64,000 nt of DNA, from the NCBI GenBank assembly GCA_017499595.2, contig CM038998.1:3534001-3598000 (forward strand). The letters are read 5' to 3'. Positions 55,001 to 64,000 of this stretch are shown piece by piece. Each line of letters begins with the position of its first letter. The first letter of the stretch is position 1. This stretch comes from Psilocybe cubensis. Its lineage: Eukaryota. Under the pieces are notes generated by a model that searched no databases, was not told the origin of the DNA, and saw only the letters and a program-made list of their open reading frames with translations. Both the position numbers and the translations under genes were made by a program.

Positions 55001-57125
55001 AATGACGAGGTACGGCCCTCTTTGCCTCTTGGATTCGATTAGGAAGGTGATCAGGGAAATCGTTTGGATGGTCTTTCCGAGACCCTGTAAAAAGGCTCCA
55101 GCAAAATGAATGACGGACGACTAGTATACGAAACTTACCATCTCATCGGCCAAAATACCGTTAAGTCTGTTGTTATACAAACTAACCATCCACTGCAATC
55201 CTTTAATCTGGTATTCCTTGAGTTTACCACCGACGAGAATGTCAGGTTGCTTGACGATCTTCTCTGATATTCTGTGGGCAACAGCGTAGTAATCCACCTT
55301 CTTATTCTCCGCAGCATCTTCAGCGTTGATCTGGGCACCGAAAGTAGCTTCTGTGGCGGGTCCATCTTCTTGCTCGAAGCCAAGCTCGCTCATGGGACCT
55401 CCTTCGTTCTGCTGGGCGACGACGGCTTGCGCCAGTGAGTCGAGGTAGGCATCTGTCTGTTTGAGCAAGTGCGTAATACGGGTATCCTTCGCGGAGTCAA
55501 GCAGCTTAATATACGCCTCTTCATCATCAGCTTTAAGGGCCCTAAGACGTTCTTTTGCGATGCGCTCGATGCGCTTTTGCTCCTCCCTCTCAGTGTGGGC
55601 GTGGAAGCTGAGCACGGCGCGTCCAAGGCGAGCGATCCTGTCTTGTGCAGAACGGTTGGCATTGATGACATCCCTGCCGTGGGCACAAATGATACCGAGC
55701 TGCTCGACGTGCTTGTGCTTTGCACGGCGTTCGCGCTCAAGGCGCTGTTTGCGCTCGGCGCTCTCGACCATGCGGGCATCGCGAATGGTGGGCTTGCGGA
55801 TGCGGCGGTAGTCGAGACGGTTGAGGGGGAGTAGGGAGCCGTGCATGAGTTTTTCGGCAACTTGAGCTCGCATAGCTCGCTGCTTGTCGAGCACTCGGAG
55901 AGACTTGAGCTCAATGAGAGCACGAAGTTTACCGTGTGCTGTTGGACTAGGGTGCACAAGAGCACTATAGGGCCTGAGGGAATCGAGGGGTGTGGCTGTA
56001 CTGCTTTCGTTTTCCTTATCTTCTTTCACTTTGTCGTCCTGGGTGACATCAATGTTGGCATCGAAAGTGCCGTCGCCCATGGTTGAAGGCATAGCTTCGA
56101 GCTCTCTGATCCGTTGCTGGATGCGAGCCTCGATAAATCGCTCACGCTCGTCGATGATTTGGTGGGCATCAAGGCCTGCTGGCATGATTGTGGGCACAAT
56201 CAGCCTTTGGAGACGAGTGGCAAAAAGCTTGGGATCCATATCTGCAGGGCGCTTGAGATGAGAAAAGGGGTGTCTATAGGCATTGTATGGATATATGGGC
56301 GAGTTTGTGTCGTCCTCGAGGAAGGGTCCCTTGGGATAATCGGCGGGGTCGATGGGCGTAGGTTCAGATTCCTCAGCCTTGACCGAACTCTCGCGACCAA
56401 CAACAGCCGAAATTGAAGGGGGTGGAACAGAGCCAGATTCTCCCTTCGAAGCCTTTACTGCAGCATCTACAATTTTCGACTGAACGTCAGGACCTTGAGT
56501 CAACTTTTCGAGGTCCGGAATTGTTGTGTTGGGTACTCGCATAGACTGCAGTAAGTAGTCTGGGATGGGCTGCCCACGGGTGAGGAGCTTGTAGGCATGG
56601 ATCTGGGCGCGAAGAGCATTGATCTGCTCTGCGGTGAAGGAGACTGGAGTCTGGGAAGTGGAAGGTATGGATTGGTTAGGCATGGATCCACCAGAGGCGA
56701 CAGACGCTGGGGGGGCTGCGCCATTAGTAAGCTGGGCATGGCCATTTGCCATGGGGGCTTGCTGTGACTGTATGCCGTTTGTGGGCGCCATTTGATTGCG
56801 AACTGGAATGACTTAGGTTTAGAAGACGAACAATGGCAAGAAGAATGCAGTCGTGAAGGTAAAACGCACATTGTTGATTCAGATTATTGATATACTTCAT
56901 GAGATTCTCGAGCTCATTGGGGTACTTTTGGTCTGATGGATTTTTGCGCAGATAGCTGGCGCGCTTGCGGGGAGATGGAATTAGCGCAGGTGTAAGTGAT
57001 GGGTGGGTTGGAAGACATACCATCATCATCCGCTGGAGTTCATTGGACTGGCCAACCTGAAGCTGTTGCTGCGGCTGGGCGATGTTGGGGGCAACCATGC
57101 CGTTTCCCAGCATGGGAGCAGACAT
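52036..57125 (-). CDS. STH1: SNF2-family ATPase of SWI/SNF-RSC type (QLQ, HSA, helicase, SnAC, bromodomain)
   Basis: QLQ-like [73 protein letters not shown], bromodomain [19 protein letters not shown]1/SNF21 versus SNF2 not resolvable by eye. Confidence 0.93.
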
Positions 57126-57370
57126 TGGGGCAAGGGAATACAGTCGCGTCCACCGGAGTTGAGGGCTAGAGAACGTTAAGCTGGGCTTTCAAAGGTCACG
57201 AAGCCGCGTGATGAATTCAAGTCGAATGTGCTGTGCAAACAACGGAGACAGTGTCACACATCCGTTACCACACATCGTGTCACACAGCCACTCATTAACA
57301 AACACAGTCACGTGCTCCTAATGAGTGAACGTCGCGTCCGAGCCATGACTCTTTCCTATTCACCACCACC
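57126..57370. promoter_or_regulatory. Putative bidirectional promoter STH1/KU80
   Basis: 245 bp between divergent ATGs; TCACGTG at 57308-57314 and CGCGT motifs. Confidence 0.5.
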
Positions 57371-60300
57371 ATGCCTGCAGACAGAGCGGGGGTTAGTGTC
57401 TTCTTTGTATTGCTCTACAATGCTAACTGTGTTTCAGTACACTGTTACTATGTTCCTCGTCGACGCGTCGTCGTCGATGGGCAATGTCAGGGAAGTTGAG
57501 GTTGAAAATGCAGACGGCTCAACTCGCACTGTCGAAATGACCAACCTCCAGTGGGGTCTGCAATACGTCAAGCTCAAAGTACAGGAAATGGTACATATCT
57601 GCTGGTGCTCTCATCGATTTGTGCTCATAGCCAGCGTAGATTTTCAATGGACGAAAGACGGACCAATGTGGCGTCATTGTTTTTGGCTCCAAAAGTATCT
57701 GCATTTTCCCCTTTTATGTCTGCGTGCTAACCCAGCGCCAGACACCAACAACCATCTCAACAAAACAAAAGGAGGTTATGAAAATGTAGTTGAATATATT
57801 CCAATTGGAAAGCCGAATGCCAAAACTCTGGCCAGAATTGACGCCCTTCAGCCTTCCGATACCTCTGGTGATCGTGAGTTACATTTTTTGACCAAGTAAT
57901 GCTGCTGACACGTTCTTTTAGCAATTGACGCGCTGATTGTGGGCATTGATACTCAGAGCAGATATCTTGGGACTAAAAAAACATGGACGCGCAAAATTGT
58001 TATTGTTACTGATGGTGAAAGTCCAATTGAAGTCGAAGACTGGGAAGCGACCGTTGCAAAAATGGACGAACTGGAAGTGAAATTGACCGTAGTGTGAGTT
58101 TCCTTTGCCTATTACACACCAATTCTTACCTCGTGTTTTGCAGTGGAGTTGACTTCGACGACGAGGAACTACCATACGCAGAAGCAGACAAGAGCAATAT
58201 AAAGGTTTGCCAAAAGTATGCGCGTTTCAATTGAACTAAAGACATTTCAGCGCGTCAATGAAAGTTTCTATCACCAATTAACTTCGAGCATGAACTCCGG
58301 CGTAGTGGGTACATGCGCATATGCCCTCCGCGAGACGACCGCTCCAGAAGTCAAACAAACCAAATCCGTTCTGGTGGGCACCCAGCTGCGCATCGGCGAC
58401 TTTGCGGCGCGCTCAGACGAAGCTATTGAGGTTCCGGTTAAGATGAGCAAATGCACTGCGCTTGCACGGCCCAAGTCCTGGAAAAAGTTTGTTCTGATGC
58501 AGAAAGAGAAGGATGCGATGGAGGTGGACAACGACGTGTCTGTGTACTCGCAGGTCACTGGACAGACACAATTTGCCGTACAAGAAGATGAGGACGAGGA
58601 GAAAGAAAAAGAAAAAGTGAAGCAGGAAGATGTGAAGATGGAAGAAAACGATGAGGCTCAGGTTCCTCCCAAAACAAAAGGTCTGCAGGTGGAAAAGGAA
58701 GAACTTACTAAAGGCTTCAAATATGGAACAACATTCGTGCCGGTTCCAGAAGGAGAGGGCCAGTTTATGAGATTGACAACGCATAAAGGGATAGATCTCA
58801 TCAGCTTTTTTGCTGCTGACACTGTAAGTGCGGTTTCTATCGTAATTACAATATTCTGACATTTCTTGGTGCAGTTCCGTCGCGAATTGGCCATGGGCGA
58901 GATATACTACATTTGGGCCGACACCAGTCGTCCGGTTGAGCAAGTCGCACTGTCGTCGATCGTTCAAGCTATGAATGAACGCAAGTTAATGGCCATTGGT
59001 CGTTTCGTCTCAAGAGATGGTATGGACCCGAAGATGGGCGTTTTAGCCCCCATCTTATTCGAAGATGTTGACTGTCTGTTATGGATTCCGGTCAGTATTT
59101 TGTTTTTCTCCGCAACGGTATCTGACATATTGTGTCGGACTGGACTTTAGACACCTTTTGCGGACGATGTACGCAAGTACACGTTTGGGTCATTGGATAC
59201 ACTTATCAATAAGAAGGGAGAGGTTTTGACGGAACATCCATATCTACCCACCGAGGAGCAACTTTCCGCCATGGATGATTTTGTGGATGCTTTGGATCTC
59301 ATGGACGCCGGAGAGAAGAACGAGGATGGGTGAGTGTGTTGTCTTATTGTCTGTGGCCTTTGACGAACTTGATGTCTCTGTCCTGTTCAGTGTTCGGGAG
59401 CCTTGGTTCGATACTCGAGAGTCTTATAACCCTGCTATACACCGTGTCAAGCAGGCAATGTTTCACAGTGCTGTTGTCAAAGATGTTGTGGAATACCCTG
59501 TCCCACCTCCTCATCCTGAAACAACCAAGTACTTTGAACCACCTAAGAGGGTACTACGGAGGGCTAAAGAAGCTATTGAGGAGTGTAAAAATGCATTCAA
59601 TGTCAAACAAGGTTGGCGCAAATTTCCATGTTTTTGTTTTGTTCATTTTAATTGATTGTTTTTTCTGGGGATTAGTCCCAAAAAGAACGGCGAGGACTAA
59701 GAAGGACGAATTTTCCCGTGCTGCCGATGGTAATGAAGAGGCGGCGTTGCTTGCTAAATTTCTGGGACCTGCGTCATCTCGAGATAAGGAGACCCAGGCA
59801 CAGTCGCAAATGAACGTCGTAGAGGCAGAACCTTCGCATCCCCAATTGTCTGTAAGAAGTGATGACGCAGAGGCCAGCGAAACCGAAGACGAGGATGAAG
59901 AGTCAGCCATGGCTGTCGACATGAAGAAACCAGCCACACCTCTACCTGAAGCGTCCTCGTCTTCCCGGCCGCCTTTACCAACACCCGCGCGGTCCATGTC
60001 ACCCAACGCCGAGGACAACAGTCCAGCAAGAATCATCAGCAACGCTCGCCCATTGGAGGACTTTAAGGAGAACATTGCACAGGGGGATGTGGTAAGCAAG
60101 GCGGTGAAAGATTTGGCGGAAGTGGTTGTTGAGGAAGTGCTTAAGCCATTTGCGACACGGAGGGCGGATGAGATGGTGGAGTGTATGGTTGTATTGAGGA
60201 AGACTTGCCTTGAGGTCGGGTTTGTTATATTTGGATAAATGTCTGTGCTCATCATTTGGATCGTTTTAGGAGGATGAGATTGACGCTTGGAATGCGTAAG

Positions 60301-60623
60301 TTTCTTCTGAGTTCATTGGCTCTACAGTTGGAAGTTCTAACTGTGAACGTGTTCTTAATGTGTTCTAGTTTTCTTCGTGATTTGAAGGAAAAGTGCTTGA
60401 CCAAGCCCGGCAATCCTAATTTCTGGGATAAGATCAGAGATGTCGGCAGGAGGCTAAGTCTGATCAGCAAACACGAGGCGAAGAAGCTGGGAGGAATTTC
60501 TGACGTTACTGGAGATGAGGCCGAGGAGGTAAGTTTGTTTCTTTCATGCTTTATCATTAAGCTTCCGGGAGGGTACAAAGGTTGATTGATGTTTTTATCG
60601 TGCTTTTCCAGTTCGTCGAATGA
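57371..60623 (+). CDS. KU80: Ku80 (NHEJ DNA end-binding subunit); multi-exon
   Basis: MPADRAG|YTVTMFLVDASSSM vWA, RKTDQCGVIVFG, KGFKYG, PFADDVRKYTF, YNPAIHRVKQ, C-terminal domain PLEDF...AWN. Confidence 0.92.
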
Positions 60624-61269
60624 ATGATTTTTTCTCGATATGTAATTGAACATGTATACATAATCCTTATATTTCTGCCACGGTGCGGGTAGTAGGAGGC
60701 GACCCAAAGCACACATCAGGCATTTCATTTTGAACATTTATACGCACATATTGCGCCGTATTCCGTATTCCACGACCACATGTACCATACCCATTATTAT
60801 TGCTATTGCTTTCTTTCTAGTTGCTGTATATGAAATAAATAAATGTTTCTTTCTTGGACCATCTTTTGTGTGACTGTCTTGAAATGATAATTTTCCGTTG
60901 CTAATGGTAAACCTCGATCTAGCGTTAGTTGAGGGCGAAGGTCTTTATTCATGGTTTATCTAGAGCCCCTTATAAAACATGGTCATTGAGTTTACAGTTG
61001 CGGATTAGTGTCTCTGTGATTGCGAGGAATTTGATGGTGATACTTGAAGTCGTCCCAAGGTTATTGTCTCATTTCTTCACTGACTAGGTTTCAAATTTCA
61101 AACATTATAGAGGGGTAGAAAAATGATGATGCTCGAGTCTACTATCGACCAACATAATGCAACATATTCGCTTCCTTTTCGTAGAGCTAACAGGTGGAAA
61201 GAAGCACTTTCTACCATATTCATTGCAGAAATTCAAAGAGGACAGAATAAATACAAATAGTAATTCCGA

Positions 61270-63390
61270 CTACTGAGAACTTTTACTCCACCAGCCTCCC
61301 AACAAGCTGCTAATCCCGCCACGGGAAGGCTGCTGCTGTGGCTGAGGTTCTGGAACCGGCTGGATGGGCTCCTCCACCTTTGCCTTGGGGAGCTGCTTCT
61401 TCTCAGGAGCGGGCGCAGGTTCTACCTTCTTGGTAAGTTGAGCAGACGACTGGGCAGCAACAGGAGGAGGGGGGACGGGCTGCTTGCCGGCACGATGTTG
61501 CAGCCGATCCATGTCCAGCTCGACGTAGTTGAGCGCAATGTTAAAGAATAGAGGTTTCTTATACGTCGCTGGATCGGCTTTGATAGACCCACCGTTGTAT
61601 GCGAACCAGTCGCGCTTGAATTGAGTGCCATCAACTGCTATCGTGCCCTCCAGCTCTTTGATATCCTCGGCCTTGAGTGAGAAGAAAGGGGGCACAGAGG
61701 TATTGATGGGATCGGTCTCTGATAGCGAGAGACTGGATCCTGTTTCGCGCAGATGAATAGAGGCGTGTTGGAGGAGAGTGAGGGCCTCGGCATATTTCTT
61801 CACGGCGCCATAGCACTGTGCGAGGTATACGCACCGGCGAGCGTTTGTGAAAGATATCCTGGCTTCCACGGCTGATGTAAGATCTGCGTTGTCGTCAACG
61901 AGGCTGAGGGTGCGCATCTGGGTCAGACTCTGTAGGACGGTGTCAAGCAGCTTCACGATAGCTGGGTAGAGTCTACTGTCAACAGGTGCAGAGTTTCCTT
62001 TGATGGTCGAGGTAGGCTTTTTCTGGACAGGAATCTTGGATTTCTCACTGCTTCCAGTGCTTAAAAGGGTGTCCATAAGAAGTAAGTCGCGCTGTATGCG
62101 ACGAGAGAGAAGCTGGAAGACAATATAAGCGTGTACGAAATGGATGTCTCTTCCTCCGCTTGTCGAAGTATTTGCAGAAGTGCCGCTAAGCTAAGATCAA
62201 AGATAAGAAATCGAGAGCAGTTGAAAAATACAAAAGATCTGAACACACTTGTTGGGTTTCCTGTAATTTCCTAGCAACTTCTTCTGCGTCACTTAGAGCT
62301 GACAGAACAGCGTCATAAGCAGTGACACCCAGCTTGGTTTTCTTGGCTGGGTTGCGGTTATCGTCTCTGATTCCAGCTTCAGCCTTTTGAACGCGCAAAA
62401 GAACATCGACTAGCTCGGGATAGCGGACGGGAACTGGTTGGTCCTCCCAGGTGATGGGTTTGAGATTAGATGCGGAGGAGGAAGACTTTTCTTCTTTCTG
62501 GAGCTTAGCCAAAAGCGCATCGCAGTTCTCTACAAGCTCGTTGCGATATTTGGGGGCGATTTCAGCTACAATTCCGTTGACATCGTAGGCTTTGGCTCGA
62601 CCCAGTTCGTGGGCGCAATAACGAATTTCTGGGCTGATTTCATCGGAGAATAGAATTGCTAAAGCTTGATCACGGCTGGTCGAAGACGTCTCTGCGAGGT
62701 CATCTAGCAGAGACCTAGCTACGCTGAGCTGAATAAGTGCATCTTCAAAGTCATCTCGGTAGCGGAGGAATCGACCGTTGAGAATGATTGTATAAATACT
62801 GGCCTCGACCAAGTTTTCAGCAGAGAGGCGAGAGGAGGCATACAGACTCTGGCAAAGAGAAAGAAGCTGGGTAGACCAGTGTACTGCTCGTCGGAATCGA
62901 CCTGTTGCACTGTGTCGTAGAGAGCTTGCTTGGTCCTTGTTGGCCGGTAAAAGAGATGAGCTGGTGAGCTCTTGAGAGTATGCCCATGCGCGTTCTGCCT
63001 CGAATAACAAGAGTTGAAGACTAATTGCGATAGATTGGAACAGCTTCAGGTGGAAATGTAGTGGTTACGCACTGTCCGTCCTTTACAATATCGGCCGTCA
63101 AAGGGGGCAGTTTTTTGAAATCCCTTCCTCTGCCATGCGTCATCTTTAGGCTAGAACGCAGACGATGCGTCCTATTAGCACAGTGCTTACTGTATCACAG
63201 TCTAATTAGCCACCCTTGTAGTAAATTCTACATAAGACCCACCGATAGCGTGTCAGGTCATTATAACGCAAGCCATATGCATTTCTCTGCTCATTTGCAA
63301 GCTGAAGGGCTGCGATCGTTGATTGAACACTAGTATCCCCTCATTGAGTGACACGTACTCACCTCTGAATACAACGACTTTGTCTGTCAT
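61270..63390 (-). CDS. SRP68: Signal recognition particle subunit SRP68; multi-exon
   Basis: [56 protein letters not shown]-terminal [10 protein letters not shown]. Confidence 0.92.
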
Positions 63391-63528
63391 GAGTGTGAAA
63401 ATTCTAGGACGTTCGGGTGGATAGGTGATGGATTGAGAAAGGATGAGCAGCGCATCAAAACCGATCAAACTCATAAGCTTATCATAAATTCATTTCACGC
63501 TCATTCCTCATCTACCACTTACTTTGCA
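63391..63528. promoter_or_regulatory. Putative bidirectional promoter SRP68/GET3
   Basis: Only 138 bp between divergent ATGs. Confidence 0.55.
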
Positions 63529-64000
63529 ATGGAAGGTGAACAGCTGCCACCAACTCTTCAAAATATCCTCGATCAGACTTCGCTGAAGTGGATTTTCTGT
63601 GGTCAGATCTATTGATTGAATCTTCAAATTGAAATTAACGGTTCGTCATCTAATTACAGGAGGAAAGGGAGGTGTTGGTATGTGTTCGATCCTGTACTGT
63701 CTTTTACATCTCTTCTAACGCATTGTAATAGGCAAAACGACTACTTCGTGCTCTCTCGCTATTCAGCTTGCCAAATGCCGCAAATCGGTGCTGTTGATTG
63801 TACGCGCAGTCGCGATGGCTCTTCCCCTGACATTCGTTCGCTCACCATCGGTTCATTGCAGTCCACAGATCCTGCTCACAACTTGTCGGATGCCTTTGGA
63901 CAAAAGTTCTCCAAGGACGCCACGAAAGTCAATGGGTTCGATAACCTTTTCGCCATGGAGATTGACCCTACGAGCTCTATTCAAGAGATGGTCGAGCAGT
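63529..64000 (+). CDS. GET3: Get3/ASNA1 ArsA-family ATPase for tail-anchored protein targeting (5' part, runs off the window)
   Basis: [21 protein letters not shown]-loop, [25 protein letters not shown]. Confidence 0.95.

Noticed and set aside
61285-61300. GGWW near the SRP68 C-terminus resembling the Upa2 GWW
   Set aside because: Aromatic/Gly C-terminal tails are typical of SRP68; no PAM2 motifs or other link.

Overview
Intron-rich fungal genomic DNA, most likely an agaricomycete basidiomycete (inferred from short 50-120 nt GT-AG introns, microexons and an Upa2-like gene). About 17 conserved housekeeping genes are present: an RRM protein 3' end, BCAT, Upa2-like, OSBP, DBP3, an ADAM metalloprotease, ClpP, BRL1/BRR6, SSN6/CYC8, SERF, ERF4, YAP1-like, SNF2/STH1, KU80, SRP68 and the GET3 5' end, many in tight head-to-head pairs. 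The one accessory element is an intact, very recent Ty3/gypsy chromovirus (30476-36901; identical 173-bp LTRs; AAAGG target-site duplication) inserted in exon 2 of a small SERF/4F5 gene. Highlight: the TSD plus the LTR termini create a GT donor, a CTAAC branch point and an AG acceptor whose use would remove the whole element (or a future solo LTR) and restore the exact SERF mRNA, i.e. a possible LTR-retrotransposon route to intron gain. The element also shows a Tf1-like self-priming PBS, an AUG-less extra ORF upstream of gag, a GGAUUUU -1 frameshift signal and a degenerate chromodomain. Gene models were read by eye; exon boundaries and protein identities are unverified by alignment or RNA-seq.
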